A stretch of DNA of 63,759 bases, filler included, from Phoronis australis (Eukaryota; Animalia; Phoronida): assembly GCA_002633005.1 (NCBI GenBank). It is 7 parts of 7 records of this genome, joined end to end, with 100 filler letters (N's around TTAATTAATTAA, not from the genome) between each part and the next. Parts side by side here need not be neighbours in the genome. Positions count along the whole stretch, not along the records: positions 1 to 17,205 come from NMRA01001492.1; 6 more parts are not named here. The stretch is one strand, 5' to 3'. Every line of letters starts with the position of its first letter. Position 1 is the first letter of the stretch. Below the pieces are notes generated by a model. The model worked only from the letters and a program-made list of their open reading frames with translations. It searched no databases and was not told where the DNA came from. The position numbers and the translations under genes are program-made. Shown in pieces: positions 1 to 12,869 of the stretch.

Positions 1-166
1 CCTACCCATGTACAAAAAATGAAGTTGTTTTAAATTTTGACGTATAGACTGATTTTTGAAAATCTACTGGTTTTTACATGGACTGCCTCTTAACTGTTTA
101 CCAAATTTCATGCTTGTTTCACTAAACCTACCATTCTTCCTAATATTTCGCCTATCTGCAGTACTA
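1..166. mobile_element. Probable terminal part of an Academ-like DNA transposon (TIR end ...ACTA)
   Basis: Ends CCAAATTTCATGCTTG...CTATCTGCAGTACTA, resembling Academ-type termini (TAGT...ACTA, as in the element at 58635-61160). The other end is outside the window. Confidence 0.35.
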
Positions 167-3049
167 CGTGGGCACCCCCTTAAAACATATTTTGCTTGCT
201 TCCCTTGTCATCCCTGATTTCGGTAGGTTGGCAGATAAACTTCTATTCTTGCGCTTGATTTCTCCTAGTTGCGTAAACTTTCGCCTCTTCGTGCTGCGCA
301 TCAAATTTTGCGGTCAGTTTGCTGAGGGAAAATAAAAGTTACATGTATTTCAATTTAAGCATTATTGCTAAGTCAATGCGTCAATGAATGGGACTTGCTT
401 ATACATGTACAACGGTTGTGCGTGTCGCGGTTTCAATGGATAGTAGGCTTGTTGATGTCATATGCCAACTGGGACGTGCCACTCACTTTTTTGCAACAGA
501 GATTTACAGGCGATATCCAATATTGAATATATTTTGTTGTCATAAAAATTTCAACAAAGGACGTGTTTAACCCATACAAAAGAATTTTGTGCACCTCTGT
601 AGAAAGTATGGCTTCATGGAAGCTCACCGTTTACGACTGTCGGAGACCCCAGACAAGTTCCCCGAGGTACACCCCTGATGGAATCCCTCGGCCCCAACGC
701 CAACGATTCAATAGCAGTTGGAACAGACTTCATTTTTATTTGAAACTTTGTACCGTGATTGGTTTTATAGTTAATTTCTTGGTAAAATCGATATTGATGT
801 CAAAATCGTGCATTACTAACAGAAATATGGGTCGAATTCGTTCGTTTTGACAAATGGCCCATTGTTCACTCATCACATCAGATCAACACCACACTTCAAT
901 GCGCCGACCGAATTAAGAGTACTCGTTGCTATCAAGGTACGTGTACAGAAAGATAGGACGGCCCCAAAAAGTCTAATTCATGGAGATAACCGGCTTCGCT
1001 AGATACGTACAGTGCAAATATTTTTTATCGCTATGAAACGTCTGTCTACAAGCCATCCTTTCAAATCACTGTGCATCTGGAAATAACGCAAATCTGTCAA
1101 AATTTTTTCATTTTTCATTTCTTTAGCATGTTCTACCAGATCACGGTATCTCGAATTGTGATTGTAAAGGGTAAACATGTCCTCACAGTTTACAGGTAAT
1201 AGTAAATGGAGGTCATTGTATCGCACTACAGTGCAAACGGGTTTAACAGTCGCTTTCTTTTTCTAAAGGAAATATGATCTTGTGTCAAGAAATCTTTTCT
1301 GTACGCGTGTGCAAAAGTCAACTGCATTAGTAGATTTCGCCCGTCACCGCCAGGCGAACTCTATGGGGAAGCGTAGACGGGGAAAATATAATATTTTCCG
1401 TGGTACATGTATAACAGGAGTGATACGGAACGATGTCGTGTTCTCGTGAAAACGCGAGCGCTTTGCTTTGGGTAATGCAATAAAAAGCCATGGGCGCTTT
1501 CCTCGGGAAGTTGATGACAGCTTGTCAGGGAGATATATACGTATTCTTGAATAGAGAGATGTTTATTTCGTTCTTGTACATGAGGCCTCCGGGCCATACA
1601 CACAAATATACAATACATTGTAAATACTTTTTTAAGTATCTATATCGTCTCTTCTGCTACCAACTGCCAAAAATATTCAACTACATATTAATTATAACAC
1701 TCCAGCATGACATTTTTATTATTTATAATAAAATTATCCGTCGATGCCGTTGTTTTGCAATGTATATATGGCTTTCTTTATTTTATAACTATTACACATA
1801 AGATATGGTCGTGTGACCCAAATATTGGCAGATTCGAACACATTCAAATGTCAAATTCTACACACTTGTTACTTTCATTCTGTTACAAAGTTTAAATCGG
1901 CAGACTTGTAGACATTTGTTCAAAGGTCTTTCACAATTTTTAGTTTCCCTTTCACTGTTGCAATATAATGACGTCAACAAACGTTTAAATTTGCTAAGGT
2001 GTGCTAATCGCATTAGTAACCATTGTGGTGTTTTGCCACGTCAGGCTCTAAGCAAATTAAATTTGCTTGATTTGCTTTCCAGAAAATAATTGCATTGCGA
2101 ATTTCCGGGTCCCAAAATCGTTAATGTATGTCAAAGTATATGCACTAATACCATTTGCTTTGGATTTTAGTTGACAATTGCGTCTTCTTATCATGTCATA
2201 TCTCATAATGGTTAGCGTTTCTTATATTTACCCCGGCTTCCAATCCATTTCCTGGATTCAAATTTTTCTTCATACATATATTATCACCTGTTTATCCTTA
2301 TATATTGTAACTGTTGACGGTCAACATGTGCTGTAGACACACCAGTAAGTAACTTTGACCTTCGCCAAACGAGTTAACATAAATTTTCTCTACCAATAAT
2401 TTTTGTCAATTCATGAAATGCGCCGTCTTTGTACATTGCTTTATTAAAATTCCTACGAATTACTTCCTCAACCAAAACGTTAATTTTATACATGTACGGG
2501 GCACCAGATAGAGCCAGTGGTCGAACTTGTGGGGATCCAATAGCCTTGCTTATCGAATTTCTATAATATGACTTAGGGTCCCCATCCAGTCAATTGAGAT
2601 TTGTATTTGATATTGTATTGAAATTTAATAACATAGCAACTATATATAATTTTTTCGTTTTTTTGTGTTTGTATGTTTGCATATGTTCCTCATCTCATAT
2701 TGCTACAGTGTATATTCGAATGCCATAATTAACCTTCTGGGTAACTATATTCGAATTATATAATTGAAACTCATAACGAACGTAAACTGTGGCAGACGCG
2801 ATATTAGCAAAATGCAGGGCAGGATCACGCTTGTTTCTCTTCCACGAAATAGTCAAAATGTCGGCTAGCCAGTGACAGTACTCGAGAGGAAAGTTCTTAC
2901 TTTAGTATTATAACAAAAATTAAACAAAACTGAAGTAATATTGCAGTGTTTTACATGCTAATGAACGTGCAAGCCGGGTTGGTGGTGTGAATGATTGAAT
3001 AGTTATCAGATTTGATGGGTTATTTCTTTTCATCGTTAGTTATAAGTCT

Positions 3050-3325
3050 ATAAATGTATTTGTATTGAAGGCCTCTGGCCCAAAGTACAATAAACAAAAC
3101 AATTAATCAGGCACATTTGCACAAGCAGTCAACCCATTTAAGAGTTGTTCTCGTCTTTTAAGGGCAAAATGCGCATATTTAACAGCAGATATATCTGGAT
3201 TAGCGAGCAGGCGTATACAGGATTCTTGAGTTGGATGCCTCCATTGAAATTCCTTCATAAAACGTGACCTAAGTTCACAATATCCCTTGCAAACCAACAG
3301 GAAATGGTATTCATCCTCTACAAGA
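3050..3325 (-). mobile_element. 3' end of LINE ORF2 (C-terminal Cys/His motif) and short 3' UTR
   Basis: Minus strand reads LVEDEYHFLLVCKGYCELR...FALKRR, the EDExHxxxxC motif typical of CR1/L2-group ORF2 C-termini. Same strand as the endonuclease across the gap. Confidence 0.75.
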
Positions 3326-4114
3326 NNNNNNNNNNNNNNNNNNNNNNNNNNNNNNNNNNNNNNNNNNNNNNNNNNNNNNNNNNNNNNNNNNNNNNNNNNN
3401 NNNNNNNNNNNNNNNNNNNNNNNNNNNNNNNNNNNNNNNNNNNNNNNNNNNNNNNNNNNNNNNNNNNNNNNNNNNNNNNNNNNNNNNNNNNNNNNNNNNN
3501 NNNNNNNNNNNNNNNNNNNNNNNNNNNNNNNNNNNNNNNNNNNNNNNNNNNNNNNNNNNNNNNNNNNNNNNNNNNNNNNNNNNNNNNNNNNNNNNNNNNN
3601 NNNNNNNNNNNNNNNNNNNNNNNNNNNNNNNNNNNNNNNNNNNNNNNNNNNNNNNNNNNNNNNNNNNNNNNNNNNNNNNNNNNNNNNNNNNNNNNNNNNN
3701 NNNNNNNNNNNNNNNNNNNNNNNNNNNNNNNNNNNNNNNNNNNNNNNNNNNNNNNNNNNNNNNNNNNNNNNNNNNNNNNNNNNNNNNNNNNNNNNNNNNN
3801 NNNNNNNNNNNNNNNNNNNNNNNNNNNNNNNNNNNNNNNNNNNNNNNNNNNNNNNNNNNNNNNNNNNNNNNNNNNNNNNNNNNNNNNNNNNNNNNNNNNN
3901 NNNNNNNNNNNNNNNNNNNNNNNNNNNNNNNNNNNNNNNNNNNNNNNNNNNNNNNNNNNNNNNNNNNNNNNNNNNNNNNNNNNNNNNNNNNNNNNNNNNN
4001 NNNNNNNNNNNNNNNNNNNNNNNNNNNNNNNNNNNNNNNNNNNNNNNNNNNNNNNNNNNNNNNNNNNNNNNNNNNNNNNNNNNNNNNNNNNNNNNNNNNN
4101 NNNNNNNNNNNNNN
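3326..4114. other. Assembly gap (789 N)
   Basis: Run of N. Confidence 0.99.
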
Positions 4115-5062
4115 TCGATCTAGACTTTCTGATAGGCAATTTGAGAACACTTCATGGAATTCTGCTACTCGGCCACTATCCCACTCCAGTCGAGTGTTTG
4201 ATTTCGATGCTGATTGGCTAACGCTACAACGACTGTCATACACACAATTACCTGCAACATTACAAACAATAGGAAAATGGTCAGACTCGTCAAATGTGCC
4301 TACACTAAAATCTGAAATATGTTGAAAGAGACTTGTCGATACTATCAAATAGTCTACAGTGCTACAACCACCTGAAGCGTGACATGTAAACTCGCCATGT
4401 TTATCACCCTGACTCCTACCGTTAACTATATGCATGTTTAAGTCACAACACAATTCAATTAAAGTTTTGCCAAAATTATTTACAGTTTCATCCTTAGACT
4501 GCCTGAACCAACAAAATGTGTCACTATCGTACCAATCTTGACACGGTAAGAAATCCGCACTGTCATCTAGAATATAGTCTTGCAAGTTCCCAACTCTAGC
4601 ATTTAGGTCGCCCATGACCACAAAATGACAATCACAAAACTTCTGAGACAAATTCATCAACTCTTGGCCAAGCAGGCTTACCCCATTTTTCTCTGCGGAG
4701 TTTTCATACACTGGCGACCCTTCTGGGGCTACATAAATAAAACAAATAATAACATCGTTGTCCGTCTTAAACAACCTTTTGTCGCCCTTTATGACTACAC
4801 CGTGAATATGATCAACCTTCAAACGTCTAAAATATTTTCCTAATTCATGTTTGATAAATACACTCACTCATCCGGAGTTTCTTCCAAATTTTCTTCTCTT
4901 TATGTTTTGCACATCAAAATTTACATAGCCTGGTACACTAAACTGGTTTGGTTTATTTGCCCATGTTTCACTCACTGCTACTACATGATACCTAGATATA
5001 AAGTCAATAACCTCAGATTGTCCAATCTTTTTGGCGAAACCATGTGCGTTCCAGCTCATCAA
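4115..5062 (-). mobile_element. LINE ORF2 APE endonuclease domain, disrupted by an in-frame TGA at 4868-4870
   Basis: Motifs SWN, SETW, GRNSG*VSVF, YVAP, GDLNAR, NGR, TVDY and SDHFP in one frame (ORFs 4868-5062 and 3311-4867). Confidence 0.92.
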
Positions 5063-5419
5063 GGATATACCGTTTGTATACAGTTATAAGTTATCAGAGT
5101 TACCGATTTCTTTTACAGACTTTTATAACCATTCACTTAACAATTAGACAATCGATATTGTTAAAAACATATATTAGCTTATATTATGAGTGCAATTTTC
5201 ACACAGCACATGGGTGAATTTTTAGACAACAAATGTGTTTGATGCAGCTTCAGGTAAATACAGCTGGGGACAGATTTTGCGTTTCATACTGTAGCTCATT
5301 CAAGGCATCCGCACGTAAAAACTATCAAAAATTCAACGCTGACAGGACCGCTTCTTCTCAATTGCACCTAATCGTTTTGACGGCAGAATCCTATTGACCC
5401 TTACAAGTAGGTAATGTGA

Positions 5420-6090
5420 AAATTGATTATTTCTTAATGTCACATCCAGTAAAAGCGTTTGCCTTGACAGTTTTGGTTCCTCTCAGCAGCCATCTTCCGA
5501 AGCTATTGATCACTAGGTGGCGTGGTGATGAGACTGTTCCATATCTTAGATACCTTATCCTCCATCGTCCCTGTTCATAACTGAGCCACATTTTCTGACC
5601 CACGCAGACTGTCTTATCCGTCCAGATGCAAATTTGTTAATAGTACTCTGAAACCATCTCCTCTCTGAACGTGTAACCCTACGCTGAGATAGCTGATCCA
5701 ACACCTTTCTGTGTTCGTTAAGCCTGACTGAAAACTCTTTCCCAGATGTATATGGACTTACAGTTGAGGCAAGGAATGAGATAAGTGCACTGGCATTTCT
5801 TGTCCCCACTTTTTCTGTCTTTGGGACGAACTAAAATGTTCCTGATGGTCTCAAACAGCTTCATGGCAGTGACTATGCCATACTGTTTGAAAACACGTTG
5901 TGAAGATTGCAAGCGTAATACTTTTGACATACGGGATGACGACATTGCCTTTTCACTGCTCTTACGGTTGACGATTCCTCCCGATACAATCCGCATTGCG
6001 GATTGCGTCCGTTTTACCTTGTTGATCGACCATTTGGGATAACCATATTTAACTAACGCATCTTCTATATGTCTCTGTTCCACAAGCAAG
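5420..6090 (-). mobile_element. Penelope-like retroelement remnant (RT C-terminus/linker, GIY-YIG endonuclease, pseudo-LTR)
   Basis: Frameshifted ALVKYGYPKWSI...VVIPYVK...LVRPKD...YLIPCLNCKSIYIWE...RLNEHRK, the GIY-YIG region of PLEs. An inverted sister copy lies at 6279-6621 plus 8244-8530. Confidence 0.85.
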
Positions 6091-6278
6091 TATTTACATA
6101 TGGCAATTCTTGAGAACAAGGCCATCACCACAACCCGGCTGGAATGAAAATGGTCTCTATGGAAACGTTATGGGCAGTGGAAGATGTTTTGGAAATTGTG
6201 AAACGGGGTCAACTACATGTAGTTATTTGAACAAAATAGATCCCTCTGATAACATCACGTTTACCTATGAAGCTGATT

Positions 6279-8530
6279 GAGGAATCGTCCGTCCGAAGAG
6301 AAGACAAGATGCAATGTCGTCATCCTGTATGTCAAAGGTCTTTCGGAATCTGCACAACGTGTGCTCAGACAATATGGCATCGTTGCAGCCATGAACCCGT
6401 TTGAGACCACCAGGAACATTTAGTTCATTCCACAGACAGAACATGTGAGGATAAGAAATGGCAGGGAATTTAGTGCATTTCTTGCTTCAACTGTGAGTCC
6501 GTATAAATCGGTGAGACTGGGCGAGATTTTTCAGTCAGGCTTGACGAACACAGAAAGAAAGTGTATGAGCCATCCCAGCGTTGGGTCACAGGTTCAGAGA
6601 GGAAATGGTCTCAGAGTGCTATTAAAGGAGAATGCCACCCAATTGAATTTGTCTTAATCGGTCTATATCCACATCGCCTCTTATACGGTTGACCTCACCT
6701 TGCCGAGAGGTGTTACGTTAACCAGTGAGGAAGGTGAGGAACGACGCAGCGACGTCAGTGGTTCATCTGCAGAGTGAATTCCGATATATTGCGGTGCATC
6801 GTTCCCACTTGTCCGAACTATGAAGCTGCGACGAAAGCGGGTATATCGTTTTTCCAACTTCTTCGAGAGCCGAAATGCTTAGGAAGTGGCTCGCGGTAGT
6901 GAAGAATGAAAGGTACGCTGTTAATAGCAAGTATGAGGCCGTGAAACATCTCCGTGTCTGTGGCCGGCATTTCGTCGACAGTGATTTCTCTGACGAATTC
7001 CGGCTTACCAAAGAACTGTCCCTACGTTCCGTTGTCTGTGCATGTTCACGGCACCTCTCTAGTATTTCTCGATCAGTGTATGGTGTATTGCGGTTCGAAC
7101 TGATAGCTTGTGAAGCCTAACTATCCGACCCGTGTAGTCTTCCTCGGATGAGTTGCCGTGTAGACGTTTATTGTTCTGCGTTCTGTTTCAAAATGAATTA
7201 TTCTCATCCTAACCAATGCTTACATAAAACTGAAACAATTTCTGTCTCATTAGATACAATTTTTAATACCTTTGCAGTATTTGTGAGTGCAAATGTTGAG
7301 AAGCCAGCAATGAATAAACCACGGCGTTACCGGCTTTTGATCCCGGCAATAAATGTAATTGACCGGAGGCCGAGGCCGTGTGAGCGCATGCTAATTCAGT
7401 AGTTGCTGACTGAAAGCTGTTGTGAAAAAATTACTCGATTGTATATGCTATGGGCACATGTTAGGGGAATCTTTATTTAGAAATACAAATACATTAGCAA
7501 AATCATTGTTACTGTACAACCTCTGCCCTTACGGTCTGTGGAATAGGAACCCGAGTTTGCGGCCCAGAACAAGTAAGTAGATTTTCAGTTTCGTGGCTAA
7601 TTCACATAAATAATTACGTGCACATTATTTCTTTGGCTCTCTATTATAATATTTTCGTGAGTGGAGGTTTAGTTTCCAACTCAAGCTGGTTTGTGTTCGT
7701 GACAGTCCCGATGGCCGCGACGGGCCGGATCGGGTTCCGAGCCACTGGCCAGGAGAACGAGTCAGTTCGGCTGCGACGGGCCTGATTGGGTTCCAAGCCA
7801 CTCGCCGGGATAACAAGCGTTTTGTGTGTTTAGAACTCAAAAATCACAAGTCTAAACGACACAGATCTAGGTTCTTCTAACTCCTGCTACGGACCTGCCG
7901 AACTTTGTAAGCTACGGTGTGTCCAAATACCAATAAATCCGTAACAGCGAAATAAAACAACACGCTTTTATAAGAAGTCGGTGTATTTTAAGGGTTTTAC
8001 ATCGAAGTTTGATGATTTATTGGTGTTAAACGATGAATTCAAGCGATAAGCTGACACCAGTAACCCGTGTTGTGAACTGCTGAACAGACTGCGTGTGTAA
8101 CCAATGACGTCATTGGATAATTTCAATACCGCCGTCTGCCGTCAGGTGTCAGGTAATGCAACCGAACGTGCCGTTATCGAGAAGAGCTACTCGATCTAAA
8201 TTGAAACAAAATAGATTGTTTTTTGGGTGGCATTCTTCTTTAACAAATCTGCAGTGGCTTCAATCTTCTATTTGACTGGGAGGATGCTCGTCCAATTGCG
8301 TCAGAAAATAATGTAAGATCTAGGCGGATAAGAGAGTCCGTCTGGGTCAGAAAAAGTGGCTCAGGTATGAACAGGGGTGATGGGAGGAATAGATTATGTA
8401 AAATTTGGAAAAGTCTCGTCACCACGCCACCTAGTGTTCAGTAGCTTCGGAAGATGGCTGCTAAGAGGAGTCGAACCAGTCAAGGTACTAACGCTTTTCT
8501 GGTAGTGAAAATAAGAAATAATTAAATTTG
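6279..8530 (+). mobile_element. Inverted second arm of the Penelope-like element, split by Kolobok copy A1
   Basis: 6279-6621 and 8244-8530 are the diverged reverse complement of about 5420-5980 (NVVILYVKGLSESAQRVLRQYGIVAAMNPF; CACCACGCCACCTAGTG). Confidence 0.85.
6626..8239 (+). mobile_element. Kolobok-type non-autonomous DNA transposon, family A copy 1 (THAP stub +, KolX-like stub -)
   Basis: TIRs AGGAGAATGCCACCC / GGGTGGCATTCTTCT, TTAA at 6622-6625 and 8240-8243, and a single TTAA at the empty site in the sister PLE arm (about 5637-5640). THAP remnant CIVPTC...W...VCGRHF at about 6795-7020. Confidence 0.9.
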
Positions 8531-8814
8531 TATTCTGCAACCCTTATGAAGTTATTTAGTGATGGTTACTGTGAAGCTTAATAGTCGTCAATTCCATTTT
8601 AATATCTTAAGATGGTTTAAAAATCTCCTTTAATAGACAGTTACTTGTAATCAAATTTCGATCAACCACATTAAACGGCATCGTATCATTTGTGACTTAC
8701 ATCGAAAGCGCAGATAATGTTCGTTTTTTCAGACTGTAGCTGACGCCAGAGTGACTGTGTTCCAAACTTTGCCATCAAAGGAATTGTTTGCTGCATTTCA
8801 CGCATTTCGTAAAA

Positions 8815-9822
8815 ATGTGCAGCTTACCTGGAAAAAACACGCCATCTGTTCTTCTGACTGGAGTCGTAGTGTTGTTAGCGACTGTGGGTGAGTGTATTGT
8901 GCTAAGAACGCCCACACTGCTGAACCATTTAACGAATCTCACTAACGGAAGACTTGCAGTTGGTGCCGTCAACCATGTGTACGTGGTTAATAGTGACTTA
9001 ACTGTGCTGCAGAATGTGTCAACTGGACCTGTATTGGACAGCAAAGGTTGTCAACATAAAAGCTGTGAGAAGGGAAATATGACGGATAACTATAATAAGA
9101 TATTAGCAGTGCACAACGATATACTCATTACTTGCGGGAATGTACGACAGGGGACTTGTGAGATCCGCCTCCTGCGAAATATAAGCAACTTCACTGCTGA
9201 TCGACGTCTTGAGACAATGGTGGCCGCCAACACACCGGAAGCAACAACAGTTGGTCTTGTCATTCCTGGCAAGGAAGCAATTTGTGTCGGGGTAACCTAC
9301 ACTGACGGATACAGTAGGAGCGTGGCAACAGTGCCTGTAATTTCAACAAGAGCTCTTCCGGGTTTGTTACAACAGTCATCCAAGTTAAAAATAGCAAAAA
9401 GTTATGACTTGTTCTATAAATATGGCTTTCACATGGACAACTACACATACTTCCTTTTTAGCACACCTTTACAAAACAGATATATATCGAAAATTGCACG
9501 TATATGTGACAATGATGTCACGTACTACTCGTACATCGAAATACCCATGGATTGCAAGCACGGGGACATCAACTACGACGCTGTTCAGAGCGGAACAATA
9601 ACTAAGCTTGGAAACGATCTCGCCTCGGCCGGGGGAGTCAGCACTGAAGAGAAAGTTCTCGCGGCTGTGTTTTATAGAACTAGCGGTAGTCAACAGTCAG
9701 CAATATGTGTGTTTAGATTTTCAGATATTACTGACAAGATTAACGAGAATGGAAATGCATGCTTCCAACAAGGAAGATTTACCAATGCCAAGAATTATCT
9801 TCAAGGCAACAGAATGTGCCAG
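8815..9822 (+). CDS. Plexin-family receptor, first coding exon (signal peptide + Sema domain), partial gene
   Basis: Hydrophobic leader, then NHL..GRLAVGAVN, TDNYNKIL, LITCG..QGTC, VAAN, YKYGF..YTYF, SKIARIC..D..YYSYIE.P..C and SAICVF. Acceptor TTTTTTCAG at 8732, donor CAG|GTTTGT at 9822/9823. Confidence 0.85.
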
Positions 9823-9976
9823 GTTTGTACATGTATATTCTTAAAAGGTGCATTTTATTCCACTTTTTCATCTTTGCCACTCCAAAATGTTTTCGCGCCA
9901 GACACTGAGAGAGTTTTTGCAATGGCCATGTACATGTCAATTTCAGGAATGTAAAGGCCAGCAATGTCTTTGAATT

Positions 9977-12869
9977 GTAATAAGCATTACAAAAAGATGT
10001 TTTCGCCCGCAAACGCTATGTACCATAAACAAGTAGGTCTCTTAAAGTCCTGGTCTCATACGTTGTTACATGGTTAGAGGATGTTATAAAGATCCAAGAA
10101 GTACCCCATAACTAATACACGATCCGTACTCGAAAAAAAAGTTTAATTAAGTGAACGCGCCACTCACGATTCGCACCCGAAGAACCACCGCCATTTTGAA
10201 CTTGCCGCGAACCCGGAAGTACAATTCATTCAGGAACCCAGGCTAAGAAAACGTCGTCAGTGTGAGTGCCTGTTACCAGCCTGCAAAAGGGATAAATAAT
10301 GGAAAGGGCGCCTTAATTTTAATAAAATCAAAATACGGAAATTTTATCGAATTTTCCTAAGAAATGTGGCGAATAAATTTTGACAGAAATTATTTTGCCG
10401 GCCTCAGGACCGCAGCCTATTGGACCCGGTGCGGATCGAGACAAAACCCAAGCGAACGGTAAAGGCATGCCGTTGCAAGCTGTTTTGTCGAAGTAAAATG
10501 TTCAAATCATAAATGCCGTATATATTCAAAGGTAGTTTCAGATCTTGCATAAAATTACGGGCTGGTTAATCCTATGTCACACTGACGCGGCAGCCCTTAG
10601 CTAACCTCAGTGCCAGCTACCAGTATAAAGACTACGGTCAAAATACAGCTAGCTTGTTAGTACAACTGTAGGCCCATACAGCTTTAGGCCAAGGCTACCC
10701 TTAGACCCACCTGGTCGCTGGCCACAGCGCTTGCTCAAACGAGGTTTATTTAGAACTTTGGTACTTCTGGCGAACTGTGCAAAGTTGTTGGCTTTCGACT
10801 GAGATTTTCCCTGACTTTGTATGAGCGCAGCAAGCTTAAAAAATGGGGGGCTGGAATTTTTGGGAATGTCTATCTTTTACTATAAGATTCACTGGGTATG
10901 TTCCGAGTTATGAATTGCAGACGCTAAATTTTGGTACTTTCTGTCTTCTAGTGGAATATATCGTCTCGTTTTCAACTTTTTTCGGAGTTCGTGCTTCTCT
11001 GACTGAGGCACACCTTTTTCCATTTCTCCAAATAGGGGCTGGTTCGAGCACATACGTATGAGAAGTCCAATATATATATTATCATTTTTTATTCATGAAG
11101 CCAAATGATTCAACCTTTTAACATAATAAGTAACTTAAAATGCACGATACTTTACAACCATTAGCATTACAAACACTATTCAACACCAAAAGTTTCCACG
11201 AGATGAAAGTGGACATACATGTAACTATTACCATGGTGACAGAATAGTGTTTCCTTACACCAGAATTTGACAAGCATGATTAAAAAATATGAAGTTGCAA
11301 GAAATGAGAATTGGAGGCTTGAAGCTTCACAATACAACGTAGCTTATTTCTCAAATTAAGAATATTCATATTGTTGACTTGATAACCTGAATTAAGAAGC
11401 AAAAAGTTACAAAACATGACTTGAAAGCAAGTGAGACTTAAAATTTAGAAAAAATATGAATCATTTTGTGACACCTAATCAAGCCTTGAACAGCAGTTGA
11501 TAGTCAAACAAAAAAACATTTCAAAATTATTTCAACTATTTCTTAGATTAGTGTAAGATCACCTGAATGGGAAATTCACAGTAAAATAATTCGAATTATC
11601 TGATATTTTCGCACAAAGAACATGAAAATTGAATAAAGTTCCTTTTTGTAGCAACGTTTGTCAAAATGTGTCAACGTTCAATCTTCACAAATTACAAAGT
11701 AACAGGCTGAACATGCCTTCCAGTTCAGCAAAGTCGCCATGTTGTCGGTGCCGCCAGAAATGAGACGGGAATTGTGAGCACATTTATCACTTAATGAGTA
11801 ACAACTGCGAGGCTGAAATTAGGTGAACACCGTTGAATCGTGCAGAATCGTAAGTAATGATATGCCTCACTAAATTTCACCGTAAATTGTTGGCGAAAGC
11901 AATTTACACAAAATTTTTAACTCTCAAGCAAAGTGATCCAAAATTCGCCACAAAAATTGCCATAACTTAACAGTGCTTGCCCCGATTTTGATACTTTTTT
12001 GATTTTTACTGAGTAGGATGCACTACCTTTCTGATGATAGCAAAGCACTTTTTCAAAACGAGAAAAAATTAAAAACGGAAAAAATTGGTACGACTCATAT
12101 TGGTTCCTAGGTTCGACCGCCCTACGGCCCCTACGTAAGGAACTAAACACCAACGCTATTTTAACATACTAAGTACGCGTAACATTCCAACAAAATTCAA
12201 CGACCACTAACTACAATCTATAAATACGCTACACACCCAATCGAATCACGGAATATTACTAATAAAACAAAATAATGAGGACTGTTTGAGCAAGCCATAG
12301 CACATTCAGTTACAAGGAAAAAATGGCGGCGTTCAGGACAAGTTCCTGAACTGATGAGCCGGAAATGTGTGTACGGAAATAACCGATGACAGCCGTAATT
12401 ATACTCTCACAGAGAAGGGACAAATACTGTTAAAAATCGCTTTTGGCAAGAAATGCGAAAAGAATATAAAGAAAGGGTGTCGAAAATAAGATTTTATTTA
12501 GTAAGTATTTTCGGATACTGGAACCACATGGGCAGTTTGAGAGCAGGACTTTATTATCAAATCAGGAGTTTAATCGTGGTGGTGCAGTGGTATCCGCTAG
12601 GTGGTGAGTTCGAGTCTGTGGTGCTTGCAGTTTTTCCTGTTTGGCACTTTCTTTGTGTTTTTTGCCTTTTTTCTTGGACAGTACTTCGGAAATCAAAGAA
12701 AATGCTTGATTTTTAGAGGAAAAATCAAGAAAAATGTCGTGGGCGGGAGGGGGGTTTGCACTCGACCTCCCCCCATTCGGTGCTATGCGCATCTACAATC
12801 GAGGTTGGAGTACATGTTTACAGACAAAATGTTGCCCCCCCCTTGTGATATCCTAGATCCGCCACTGCA
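9977..12869 (+). repeat. About 400-bp interspersed repeat with a tRNA-like segment, split by Kolobok-like element C (parts 9977-10045 and 12551-12869)
   Basis: Both parts match, as reverse complement, the uninterrupted copy at 45489-45887. Confidence 0.8.
10046..12550. mobile_element. Kolobok-like non-coding element C (2.5 kb)
   Basis: Imperfect TIRs AGTCCTGGTCTCATAC / GTTTGAGAGCAGGACT, flanks TTAA (10042-10045) and TTAT (12551-12554). Boundaries are confirmed by the empty site in the 45.8 kb repeat copy. No recognisable ORF. Confidence 0.75.

Noticed and set aside
999-1300. Protein-like minus-strand stretch (LLLPVNCEDMF...)
   Set aside because: Short, interrupted by stops, and no family I can recognise; would need BLASTX.
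3287-4221. Long ORFs of 270-518 aa spanning the N run
   Set aside because: Artefacts of translating N; only the 4115-4867 part is real (LINE endonuclease).
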